From assembly GCA_963422375.2 (NCBI GenBank), contig OY729428.2:2464001-2528000 (forward strand): a stretch of 64,000 bases of DNA, written 5' to 3'. This DNA is from Bryobacterales bacterium. GTDB taxonomy: Bacteria > Acidobacteriota > Terriglobia > Bryobacterales > UBA6623. Below, one piece after another: positions 29,299-38,429 of this stretch. The notes below the pieces were generated by a model that had not been told where the DNA came from, ran no database searches, and saw only the letters and a list, made by a program, of their open reading frames with translations. Positions within the stretch are counted from its first letter, which is position 1; each line of letters opens with the position of its first letter. The translations under genes and the position numbers were made by a program.

Positions 29299-30588
29299 TT
29301 ATAGCTGATACGCTTCCTCGCCGTGCTGCGTGACGTCCAAGCCGACATGCTCCTCTTGCTCGGTCACGCGAACGCCGTGCAGCAGGTCGATTAGATAGAT
29401 GATCACGAGAGTCGCAATCCCCGCCAGCACCCAGGTGAGCAGCGCTCCGAGGGCGTTGTTGACGAGCTGGCCGGAGTTCCCTTCCAGCAGGCCCGGGGCT
29501 CCCCCGATGCTCTCGCGGGCGAATAGACCGGTCAGGACCGCGCCGACGGTTCCGCCGACGCCATGGACGCCGAAGGCGTCGAGCGAGTCGTCGTAGCCCA
29601 GCTTCGCCTTCAGCACGGCGACGCAGAAGTAGCACACGACGCCGGCCGCGAAGCCGATCAAGATCGCGTCCATCGGGCTCACGAAGCCCGAAGCCGGGGT
29701 GATGCCGACCAAGCCCGCGACGGCCCCGGTAATCCCGCCGAGAACGCTGGGCTTGCCGTCCCGGATCCACTCCACGATCAGCCAGCCGAGCACGGCGGCC
29801 GCGGCGGCGAAATGGGTGTTCACGAACGCGAAGGCGGCCAGGCCGTCCGCCGCGAGGGCGCTGCCGGCGTTGAATCCGAACCAGCCGACCCAGAGCAGGC
29901 AGGCGCCGATGAACGCGAGCGCGAGGTTGTGCGGGCGCATGCGCTCCGACGGGTAGCCGATGCGCTTGCCGAGGAAGAGCGAGATCACCAGCGCGGACAC
30001 GCCGGAGGAGATGTGCACCACCGTGCCGCCCGCGAAGTCGAGGCACGGGAGCGCGCCGTCACCGCTCATGAAGCCCCCGCCCCACACCATGTGGACCATG
30101 GGCACGTACACGACCGTCGCCCAGACGGTCATGAAGATCAGCATGGCCGAGAACTTCATCCGCTCGGCGAAGGCTCCCGTGATCAGGGCCGGGGTGATTA
30201 TGGCGAACATCAGCTGGAACACCATGAAGGTCAGGTGGGGGATCGAGCCCTCGGGCTCGGCGCCGACGCCGTTCAGGAACAAGTAGTCGGCCCCGCCTAT
30301 GAAGGCGTTGCCCGGGCTGAAGGCGAAGCTGTAGCCGTAGACGGCCCAGATCAGCGTCATGAGCGCCATCATGGCGAACGACTGCATCATCGTGGCGAGG
30401 ATGTTCTTCTTGCGGACCAGTCCGCCGTAGAACAGGGCCAGTCCGGGCCCCGTCATCATCAGGACGAGCGCGGAACTCGTTAGGATCCAGGCGTTGTCGC
30501 CCTTGTCGATCTCGTCCTGTGCCGCAGCGACCGCTGGCAGCAGCAGCAGGGCGAGCAGCATTAGGCTGCACTTGGTTGTCTTTTTCAT
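29299..30588 (-). CDS. amtB: Ammonium transporter
   Basis: GLALFYGG, FQLMFA, DFAGGTVVH, GWFGFNAGS and DDSLDAFGVHG. ATG 30588 chosen for its spacing to the GGGAG RBS. Confidence 0.98.
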   Translation of the reverse strand: MKKTTKCSLMLLALLLLPAVAAAQDEIDKGDNAWILTSSALVLMMTGPGLALFYGGLVRKKNILATMMQSFAMMALMTLIWAVYGYSFAFSPGNAFIGGADYLFLNGVGAEPEGSIPHLTFMVFQLMFAIITPALITGAFAERMKFSAMLIFMTVWATVVYVPMVHMVWGGGFMSGDGALPCLDFAGGTVVHISSGVSALVISLFLGKRIGYPSERMRPHNLALAFIGACLLWVGWFGFNAGSALAADGLAAFAFVNTHFAAAAAVLGWLIVEWIRDGKPSVLGGITGAVAGLVGITPASGFVSPMDAILIGFAAGVVCYFCVAVLKAKLGYDDSLDAFGVHGVGGTVGAVLTGLFARESIGGAPGLLEGNSGQLVNNALGALLTWVLAGIATLVIIYLIDLLHGVRVTEQEEHVGLDVTQHGEEAYQL

Positions 30589-31223
30589 TTGCACACTCCC
30601 TTCCGAGTCTCATCGCCGGAAGTCGCGCATTGCGCCGAACCGGGTGCGCGGGCACCGGTCGCAGGCCGACCCGCAGGGCTCCTCAGTCGGTCGCGACACT
30701 GCGTCCGAGCGATTCCGATGATCATTCTCGGCGCCGAGCACTGGCGCCCGGGGCGAGAATTGCACCTATCAGACATTTCTATCGCGTGGCGCCTCTTCCG
30801 CAGGGACCGGGCGCCCTCCCTAGCCAGATCGCATTGCCGACTCCGGCGGCGCAGGGTCCGTCTGCGGGGTTCGGACCACGCCATCGCACCAGACGGCCAG
30901 CCGCGCATAGATTCCGCACGACCCTTCGCCACCGATGGCTCGCGGCACGGCGCGGGGGAACCGGGCACTAGGAAGGCTGCCTCCGGATGCGTCACGGAGG
31001 CGACCCGGCCCGCCGGAATCGGGATCGCGGCACTCCCCGCACTGCCGGTCCGTTGCCGGTCGCCAGCCGTTCCCGGGACAGTTCGAGGGACGCGACGCCG
31101 TCGCGAGAGGCGCTCGACCCGCGCGCACCGAGCCCCTACCCGCTCGAGCGCGGCACCGCCGGGTCGCCTCCGCTCCGCGGCGTCTCGAAGCGCGCCGGGA
31201 GGCCTGGCCAAGGCGCGTCGCGG

Positions 31224-32894
31224 CTAGGCCGACACGTCGACCATGCCGATCGGCGGGATGTGGAGGTGCGCCACGCTCGGCTTGCGGCCGAGGAACGACT
31301 GCGCCATCTCCAGCGCCTGCTCGACGGAATCCGCACATTCCCAGCCCATGACGCCCGCCGCAGTGCGGTCCTCGGCCCCCACCACGATGACCTGGCCGCA
31401 GTGATTCGCGCCGTTCTCCGCCCAGTACCACATGTAGAACGGATGCACGCCGTGATAGGCGTAGCCGTCGCGGTACATGGCGCGGTACTCCGGATTTCTG
31501 GCGAATTCGCCTTCGTACCTCCGCTGCAGCACCTCGGAGTCGCGGGTTTCGGGCAGGCAGCGGTGGAAGAACTCGTGGTACGCGGCGTGATGGGACGGGC
31601 TGAACTCGTTGTAGAGCGGATGGGTCAGGATCAAGACCCCGCCCCGCTTCACGATCGGCTCCCCGCGATACATGTTGAAGAAATAGCCCAGCACGAGGCA
31701 GCGCACCAGCAGGGGGTTCATCGGCGCATGCACGTTGTACGGGCAGACGAATGGCACGCCGAACACGGCCACGTCGGACTGCCCCTCGACCGGAACGCAG
31801 TACTGCTGGTAGGTGTAGGCGAGCGTCTTGTCGTGGACCGGATCCGTGGCGCCGGCATGAACGGCGATCATCTCGTAGGGCGCGGGAACGGAGAACAGCA
31901 GCCTGCGCTTGGCGGCGCGCGGCAGAGCCTGCAAGCCGATCTGGGCCAAGCGGCAGGACGTCCTGTCCAGCACGGTCCACTCGTCCTCGGGCTTGGTGAA
32001 GAATTCCATGCGCGGGTCGAACATCTGGTTGTTGACCACGGTCTCGATATGGAAGACGTTGAGCTTCTCGTTGACGATGCGCCCCATGCGGTTGCAGGAG
32101 TCCGTCAGCGGCGACCGGGTGTGGTCGAAGTAGGAGTTCGAGGCGCGAATGGTCTGCGGGTTGTGGTGGGCCTGCAGCGACTCGTAGTCGCAGAGGCCGA
32201 CACCGACGGACTTGTTGCCGCCGTCCATCGGGACCAGGTTGATGTTGACGTAGACGAGCAGGTCGGATTCGGCGGCCCGGCGGTTGATGCGCACCTTCTC
32301 GCCCCGCTCGGTCTCGCCGAGGCACACGATGCCGTGGGGATCCTCCCCGTCGTGGCAATGGAGCCGGTGCGGGTAGTATGCGTCGAATATGCGGCGGCCC
32401 ACCGACCACCTGATCTCGAACGGCTCCATCCGCCGGTGGAAGGAGTTCGCGATCACGATGTCGACCTCGCGGACGCCGGCCTCGTCCAGCATCGCCAAGA
32501 GCTGCGTGAGCACCGACTGCCGGATGTCCGGCCGCTGCATCTTGGGTAGCGGCAGGGAGATGTCGTCGATCGCGATCGTCACCCGCATGCCGGGGCGCAG
32601 CTGGGCCCGCAGGGGGTCGGCTCGCTCGGGGTTGTCGAGCGCGTACCGAATGGCCCCGTCCCGGTCGCGCAGGCCGGGTATGGCGGGCTTCGGATAGACC
32701 ACCCTCGACCCGGCCGGAAGCTTGGCGCGAATCAGATCCTCGCCGTACCAGAGCAAGCGTTCGGGCGCGCCGGCGGCCAGTTCGCGCACGCAGCCCTCGT
32801 GACCGACCAGCGCGGCGCGCCCGACAGCGTTCGGGCGCGGTTCGCCGAAGACTCCGTCCTCGGCAGTCTGCGGGGACAGCGCTTCTTCACTCAT
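31224..32894 (-). CDS. Lactate racemase (LarA N-terminal/DUF2088) domain-containing protein
   Basis: ALDNP...PL, VTIAIDDISLP, ANSFHRRM, HDGED, LGET.RGE.V.INR and DGGNKS. ATGA overlap with the HAD gene. Confidence 0.8.
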   Translation of the reverse strand: MSEEALSPQTAEDGVFGEPRPNAVGRAALVGHEGCVRELAAGAPERLLWYGEDLIRAKLPAGSRVVYPKPAIPGLRDRDGAIRYALDNPERADPLRAQLRPGMRVTIAIDDISLPLPKMQRPDIRQSVLTQLLAMLDEAGVREVDIVIANSFHRRMEPFEIRWSVGRRIFDAYYPHRLHCHDGEDPHGIVCLGETERGEKVRINRRAAESDLLVYVNINLVPMDGGNKSVGVGLCDYESLQAHHNPQTIRASNSYFDHTRSPLTDSCNRMGRIVNEKLNVFHIETVVNNQMFDPRMEFFTKPEDEWTVLDRTSCRLAQIGLQALPRAAKRRLLFSVPAPYEMIAVHAGATDPVHDKTLAYTYQQYCVPVEGQSDVAVFGVPFVCPYNVHAPMNPLLVRCLVLGYFFNMYRGEPIVKRGGVLILTHPLYNEFSPSHHAAYHEFFHRCLPETRDSEVLQRRYEGEFARNPEYRAMYRDGYAYHGVHPFYMWYWAENGANHCGQVIVVGAEDRTAAGVMGWECADSVEQALEMAQSFLGRKPSVAHLHIPPIGMVDVSA

Positions 32895-33643
32895 GGCTGC
32901 CCTGAGTCTACCCCTCGCATCCGCTGGGGCGCGACGCGCCCCAGCGGATGCGGCGAGCGCTTCAGATCGAGAAGATCCCACCCGCGGGCCAGCGCGACCC
33001 TCCTGAGACTGGCGTCGGGATTCGTCGCCACGGGCCGACCGACCGCCTGGAGCATGGGTATGTCCGAACCGCTGTCCGAATAGGCCCGCGCCTTCCCCAT
33101 GTCGAAGCCGCGGGCGGCGGCATAGTCCCGCAGCCGCGCGGCCTTCGCTTCCCCGGCCAGCAGCGGAGGGACGATTTCCCCCGTCGCGACACCGTCGCGA
33201 AACACCATTCCGTTCGCCAGCAGGTCGTCGAATCCGAAGTACTCCGCCGCGGGGGCCAGCACGAAATCGAGCCCCCCGCTGACGAGGACGGCGCGATACC
33301 CCTCGTCCCGGTCCAAGCGCACGCGCTCCTTCGCGAACCGGAACTGTTCCTTCTTCACGGCCGACTCGAACAGGTTCGCCGCCTCCGAACGCAGCCAGCC
33401 CTCTTCGAGACCGCGATACTGCCGGAAGAAGACCACATTGAACAGACGCCGGGAACAGGCGTCAAGGGCCAGCCAGAGCGGCACTCCGAGCAGCGCCTTG
33501 CCGTAGCGCCACGCCGCCCGGGCTCGGTTCGGGTGCCGTCGAGCGAACCACGCGTAGCGCGTGACCACGTTTCCGGAAACCAGCGTGCCGTCGAAGTCGT
33601 AGAACGCGACCCGGGGGGGGCTGGCCGGGCGTGACGGCGTCAC
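32891..33643 (-). CDS. HAD-IB family phosphatase
   Basis: FYDFDGTL, LVSGG, K and AYSDSGSDIPML..VG.P motifs. The GTG start overlaps the upstream stop. Confidence 0.9.
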   Translation of the reverse strand: MTPSRPASPPRVAFYDFDGTLVSGNVVTRYAWFARRHPNRARAAWRYGKALLGVPLWLALDACSRRLFNVVFFRQYRGLEEGWLRSEAANLFESAVKKEQFRFAKERVRLDRDEGYRAVLVSGGLDFVLAPAAEYFGFDDLLANGMVFRDGVATGEIVPPLLAGEAKAARLRDYAAARGFDMGKARAYSDSGSDIPMLQAVGRPVATNPDASLRRVALARGWDLLDLKRSPHPLGRVAPQRMRGVDSGQP

Positions 33644-33825
33644 TAGCCGTGGCCGAGACGCATCAGCCACCCGAGCACGAACACCGCCCCGAGGAAGTAC
33701 GCGAAGCAGTACAGGCCGTACGAGAGCCGGTCGCGGTTGTTCGAGCGCCCCACGATTCCCATGACGGTCGAGGCGAAGAAGGCGAACAGGATCGCCACTT
33801 CCATGTGCGAGGGGCTGTACATCAC
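33643..33825 (-). CDS. Small two-TM membrane protein (60 aa)
   Basis: Two hydrophobic helices, overlapping start/stop codons with both neighbours. Confidence 0.75.
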   Translation of the reverse strand: MMYSPSHMEVAILFAFFASTVMGIVGRSNNRDRLSYGLYCFAYFLGAVFVLGWLMRLGHG

Positions 33826-34262
33826 GCCTCCGCCTTCTTCCCGGCGGCGATTTCGTACGCATCGACAACGGCGAGGAGGTTGAGGAGACCGGCGCAGACG
33901 ATGAACTTGGTTCCGTAATCATGCACCGCTCCGGGAAGCGCTCCCTGCTCGTAGCCGAGCCCCACCGTCAGCAGGTAGAGCGATCCCGTGCAGAGGTCGC
34001 CGATGTACCCGCCGTAGGTCATCACCGTGTTGAAGAGGTTGCCAGCGGACGGCTCGAACATGCGCCCCTGCATGAGGATACCCGCCAGGAACATTCCGGC
34101 GACCATCGCGAGGAGCACGATGCCATGCACCTGGCGCTTCAGGTAGAAATGGCCGGCGCCTGGGATCAGCCACGCGAGCAGCACCGGCGGAAGGCATGCC
34201 ACGAGCGGCACGGCCCTCTCCTCGGTAGGCTTGCTCTTCGGCGTCTCGCGTTTCGCTGCCAC
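33822..34262 (-). CDS. Membrane protein (DUF6677-like)
   Basis: LAWLIPGAGHFY...AGLLNLLAVVDA. The GTG start is uncertain. Confidence 0.7.
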   Translation of the reverse strand: MAAKRETPKSKPTEERAVPLVACLPPVLLAWLIPGAGHFYLKRQVHGIVLLAMVAGMFLAGILMQGRMFEPSAGNLFNTVMTYGGYIGDLCTGSLYLLTVGLGYEQGALPGAVHDYGTKFIVCAGLLNLLAVVDAYEIAAGKKAEA

Positions 34263-34750
34263 GAGGAAGGCGGGGGTCCGCGCTCGGCGAGGCCGGCACA
34301 CCGCGCGGGGGCCGCCCGATCTCAGACTAGAGTATCCCACATCCGCTGGACGCTCCAGGGACGTCCGGTGCAGCGTCCGACACTAGCTCCCGCTCTGTCG
34401 AATCCCCGACGAAGCCGCGACCGCCGAGCGAAGGGCGCGCACCAGCCCAACGTTGCGGGGACAAGCGCGCCCGCGCATTCCCTCATGTGCGACCGGCATC
34501 TCGCACGATCCATCGAAGCGCCGTCATCCCGGGCAACCGCGTCTAAGCGCCTGCCTCGGGGCGGTGCGCCAGGTCTCCCTGACCAACCTGATGGAGGCGA
34601 CCTATATGCCGGTCCAGAGCTATCCAGGCTCGGCGGGTTGCACGCAGGGCCAACATTGCTCTGGCCGGGCCTTCCCGCCCTCGTCGGGCGGCAGCCAGGC
34701 GGCTTTGCGAGGCGTGCCGCAATGGGCTCGAACCGGGCAGGCCGCCTCCG

Positions 34751-35824
34751 TCAGCGGGACAGGGAATGCGTTGCGTACGCAGCCCAGGTCTGCTCGGCGC
34801 ATCGTCGCCAAGTGAACTCCTTCGCTCGCGCGAAACCCTTGGCGCGGAGTTCGGCACGGAGCGTTCCGCTCGCGAGAACGCGCTCCAAGGCGCCCGCGAT
34901 CTCGTCAGCGCTGAGCGGATCGACGAGCACTGCCGCGTCCCCGGCGACCTCTGGGATCGCGGACACGTTCGATGCCACGACGGGCAGGCCGGCGGAGAAG
35001 GCCTCGATGACCGGCAGTCCGAACCCCTCCTCGAGTGACGGAAACAGCAGCGCCTCCGCGGAGCCGTACAGGCTGGCCCGAGCCTCGTTCCCGACGTGCC
35101 CGACCGTGCGGATCCGGTCGCGGGCAGTGCTCCGGTCGATCCGCGCGAGAATCCTGTCCGCGCCGTACCCGGGCGCACCCGCGAGCACCAACCCCGTCGA
35201 GCCTCCGGCTGCCTCGAAGGCCGCCACGATGCGTTCGACGTTCTTGCGAACCTGCAACGCCCCGATATGCAGCAGGAAGGGTCGCGAGACTCCCAAGCCG
35301 CGCAGAACCGCCTCGCGCCTCGCCGCGGGCGGGACGTTCTGGAGCTCGACCCCGTGGTGGACGACCGTGATGAGCGACCTAGGGAAGCGCAGGATTTCCT
35401 CGACGCGGCCCGCGGTGTACGAGGAGACGGCGATGATTCGGTCGGCCCGGCCAGCCGTCTCCCGGGCCAGCCCCGCAAACCGGTCGCGATATTCGGCGGC
35501 GGAGTATTCCCCGGTCAGGGCGAACAGGTCGTGGAACGTCGCCACGGTCGGGCACCGAAGGCCCTCGGGGAGGCGCTGGTTCAGACCGTGAAACAACCGC
35601 AGGCCGCCTGTCGCGCGACTCCGCCAAGGGCCTTCCAGAAGCATGCGACCGGCGTTCGCCGGGAGCGGATCCCGGAACGAGCGGAAGTACCGGTTGCTCC
35701 GGTAGAACCAGCGGAAGCGGCAGGACGGTTGCAGCCGGGCAAGCTCCCAGATCAGGTTGCGGGCATAGACCGCCACCCCGGTCGGCGGTCGGTCCAGGCT
35801 GTGCCCGGCTTCAATTCCGATCAT
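34751..35824 (-). CDS. Glycosyltransferase family 4
   Basis: TGVAVY, TFHDL, RKNV and FPSLEEGFGLPVIEA. Confidence 0.93.
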   Translation of the reverse strand: MIGIEAGHSLDRPPTGVAVYARNLIWELARLQPSCRFRWFYRSNRYFRSFRDPLPANAGRMLLEGPWRSRATGGLRLFHGLNQRLPEGLRCPTVATFHDLFALTGEYSAAEYRDRFAGLARETAGRADRIIAVSSYTAGRVEEILRFPRSLITVVHHGVELQNVPPAARREAVLRGLGVSRPFLLHIGALQVRKNVERIVAAFEAAGGSTGLVLAGAPGYGADRILARIDRSTARDRIRTVGHVGNEARASLYGSAEALLFPSLEEGFGLPVIEAFSAGLPVVASNVSAIPEVAGDAAVLVDPLSADEIAGALERVLASGTLRAELRAKGFARAKEFTWRRCAEQTWAAYATHSLSR

Positions 35825-37226
35825 GGCGGGCGCAACGGCCGGGCGATCCCGCGCCCCGCCCTCGCTCGAGATCCGACAGCGCGCGCTCGATCCTGTCGAG
35901 CACGGACGGAGCGTCGCCGGGACCGCTCGCCGGAATCACCTCGACCGGGCCGGACCCCGACGGCGTCCACCGGCGGCGGAACCGCGCGGACGGCGCGCCG
36001 GCAAACACCACGATCGTCGGCACGCCCAGCGCTGCCGCGACATGGGCTGCGGCGGAATCGTATCCGACGAACACCCGCGACTCTCGGATCCACGCGCCGA
36101 ACCCGCCGAGACTCCCCCTCCAAGTGACAAGGTCCGCCCGCACCGATCTGCCGTCATCACCCTCGTCGAGATGCGCCCGTGATCCGCGGAAGGCCTCCGC
36201 CCGTTCCCGAACGAGGCGGAGCTCGGTCTCGCCTCCTCCGCAGTCGAGCACGATGGAATAGCGGCGCGACCTGAGCAGGGTGAGCAACCGGTCCTCGAAC
36301 GCCCCGCCCAGTCGCTTGGTCTCGCGCCCCCCGACCCCGAAACTCGCGGTCGCCACGCCGCTCGACGCGCTCGCTGCCAGCCGGTGGCGCCGTCGCGCAT
36401 CGGGCGGCAGGCTCCCGATGCCCGGCCCGGTCGCGCCGGCGTCGGTCCCCCACATGTCGGAGCACCACGCAGCCGCCAGGCGGCCCAGCGGTTCGGAAGC
36501 CGGGTGCGGATGGCCGCGGCTCTCCCAGAACCGGTAGCGGCGGTCGTCGGCGACGGGCAGCAGCCCGAGCTGCGTCAGACGGCTGTCCGGATCCACCACG
36601 AGCCATTCTCCTAGAGCCAGGCCGCCGGTGCCCCGCTGCACACTCTCCCTGACCGCGAACCATGCCCTCAGCCTGTCGGCGAGCAGAGCGCTGCGACCGT
36701 ACGCCGTCACCCGCCCCTGCACCCGCTCGTCAACGGCAAGCAGGGCCGCGTTCTTGGCAGGACCGATGAAGTCGATCCGGGCTCGCGGGAAGGCCCGGAG
36801 GGCCGCGCGGAGGACGGTGCTGGTGACGGCGACGTCGGCACCCAGCGTGACACGAGACAGCACCGCGACGGCCCGGACGGCACCGGGGTTCGGCTCCCGG
36901 CCCCGGCCGGCGCTCCGGTTGCCTTCGAATCGCCGTCGCAAGTCCGCGGGGCACGCGAGCCCCAAGCCGGCGAGGGCCGCCGCGACAGGCGAACCCGGTG
37001 CAAGAAGCACCTCGGCCATGAAAGCCACGTAGGACTCGGTCAGCGACGGCTCGAACCCGTCCGACCAAGGCTCGACGATTTCGGCGAAGATGGCCTTGGT
37101 GGCGGCAGCCGCGAGCTCCCGGTCGTCCGAGAAAGCCGCTGCGCCGAGCGCGCGCGAGGCGTGCGCGAATGCCCGCGCTCCCGGTCGCGAGGTCAGCACC
37201 CGGCCCGCGAGGTCGGCTAGCTGCAT
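35811..37226 (-). CDS. Glycosyltransferase family 9 (heptosyltransferase-like)
   Basis: TLGADVAVTS..L...FP.ARID and FVGYDSAAAHVAAALGVPTIVVF. Confidence 0.8.
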   Translation of the reverse strand: MQLADLAGRVLTSRPGARAFAHASRALGAAAFSDDRELAAAATKAIFAEIVEPWSDGFEPSLTESYVAFMAEVLLAPGSPVAAALAGLGLACPADLRRRFEGNRSAGRGREPNPGAVRAVAVLSRVTLGADVAVTSTVLRAALRAFPRARIDFIGPAKNAALLAVDERVQGRVTAYGRSALLADRLRAWFAVRESVQRGTGGLALGEWLVVDPDSRLTQLGLLPVADDRRYRFWESRGHPHPASEPLGRLAAAWCSDMWGTDAGATGPGIGSLPPDARRRHRLAASASSGVATASFGVGGRETKRLGGAFEDRLLTLLRSRRYSIVLDCGGGETELRLVRERAEAFRGSRAHLDEGDDGRSVRADLVTWRGSLGGFGAWIRESRVFVGYDSAAAHVAAALGVPTIVVFAGAPSARFRRRWTPSGSGPVEVIPASGPGDAPSVLDRIERALSDLERGRGAGSPGRCARHDRN

Positions 37227-37322
37227 CCCCTTCCAGAATGGCGAACGGCGGGCCCGAGGGCAACCGTCCGGCCGACCACAATAATCTATAATCGGAGACC
37301 GGCCGCGAGGCCCCCTGCATCA

Positions 37323-38354
37323 ATGAAGGTTTCGCGAATCCACGAGTGCGGCGGACCGGATGTCATTCGCTACGAAGACGCGCCGGTTCCCAAGCCGAAG
37401 GCCAACGAAGTGCTGGTTCGGGTTCGCGCCTGCTCCCTGAACCACTTGGACCTCTGGGTGCGAAGCGGCCTCCCTTCGCTCAGGCTGAGTTTCCCCTGGG
37501 TGCTCGGCAGCGACGCGGCAGGCGAGATTGTCGACGCAGGCGAGCTCTGCGACCGCGCCCATGTCGGAACGCGGATCCTCGTGGCGCCCGGACGGACCCT
37601 CTCCGCCGGCTACGCGACGGCCCAAGGCCGCGACAACGCCGCGCCCGACTACGGGCTCTTCGGAGCCGTGTATCCGGGCCTGAACGCCGAGTATGTCGCG
37701 ATTCCGGAAGCCAACGCCCTGCCCGTTCCCGGGAATCTGACGTTCGAGGAGGCCGCCTCCGTGCCCCTTGTGTTCCTCACCGCGTGGCACATGCTCGTCG
37801 GGATCGCCAGAATCCGGATGCTCGAGGACGTGCTGGTCATCGGCGGCTCGAGCGGCGTGGGCATCGCCGCCATCCAGATCGCGAAGCTCCACCACTGCCG
37901 GGTGATCGCCACGGCAGGCGGCGAGACCAAGATGGCCAAGGCCCGTGAGCTAGGCGCGGATCACGTGATCGACCACTACAAGCAGTCGGTGAAGGACGAG
38001 GTCAGGCGCATCACCGACCGGCGCGGCGTCGACTTGGTCTTCGAGCACGTCGGGGCCGCCACCTTCGGCGATTCCGCTGCGTCCCTCGCCCGCCACGGGC
38101 GGCTCGTCACCTGCGGAGCGACCACCGGCTTCGCGACGCCCCTGAACCTCGGCCACCTCTTCGCCAAGCACCTGAGCATCCACGGCTCCTACATGGGGAC
38201 GATGGGCGAGCTCTACGACCTGCTGCGGTTCTTCGACCGCGGCCTGCTCAAGGCGGTGCTGGACCAGAGTTTCCCGCTCGGCGACGTGCGCGGGGCCCAC
38301 GAGAGGATGGCAGCCAAGCAGCACTTCGGGAAGATCGTGATCGTCCCCGAGTAG
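37323..38354 (+). CDS. MDR-family (zinc-type dehydrogenase/quinone oxidoreductase-like) protein
   Basis: LNHLDLW, LGSDAAG, GGSSGVG and HFGKIV. TATAAT upstream. Confidence 0.9.
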   Translation: MKVSRIHECGGPDVIRYEDAPVPKPKANEVLVRVRACSLNHLDLWVRSGLPSLRLSFPWVLGSDAAGEIVDAGELCDRAHVGTRILVAPGRTLSAGYATAQGRDNAAPDYGLFGAVYPGLNAEYVAIPEANALPVPGNLTFEEAASVPLVFLTAWHMLVGIARIRMLEDVLVIGGSSGVGIAAIQIAKLHHCRVIATAGGETKMAKARELGADHVIDHYKQSVKDEVRRITDRRGVDLVFEHVGAATFGDSAASLARHGRLVTCGATTGFATPLNLGHLFAKHLSIHGSYMGTMGELYDLLRFFDRGLLKAVLDQSFPLGDVRGAHERMAAKQHFGKIVIVPE

Positions 38355-38429
38355 CGGCCCGGCCGGGGGATATACTGGCAGAGGCGCACCGGTCGAGACA
38401 GGCCCGCCTCGCAAGCGCCCCGTCTCCCC

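Noticed and set aside
30600..31220. Sigma-54 promoter or NtrC sites upstream of amtB
   Set aside because: No convincing TGGCAC-N5-TTGC or complete TGCAC-N7-GTGCA match found; only a half site near 30761.
34330..34750. Possible small gene or structured RNA between GT4 and the DUF6677-like gene
   Set aside because: The ORFs lack coding-like composition and the hairpins are weak.
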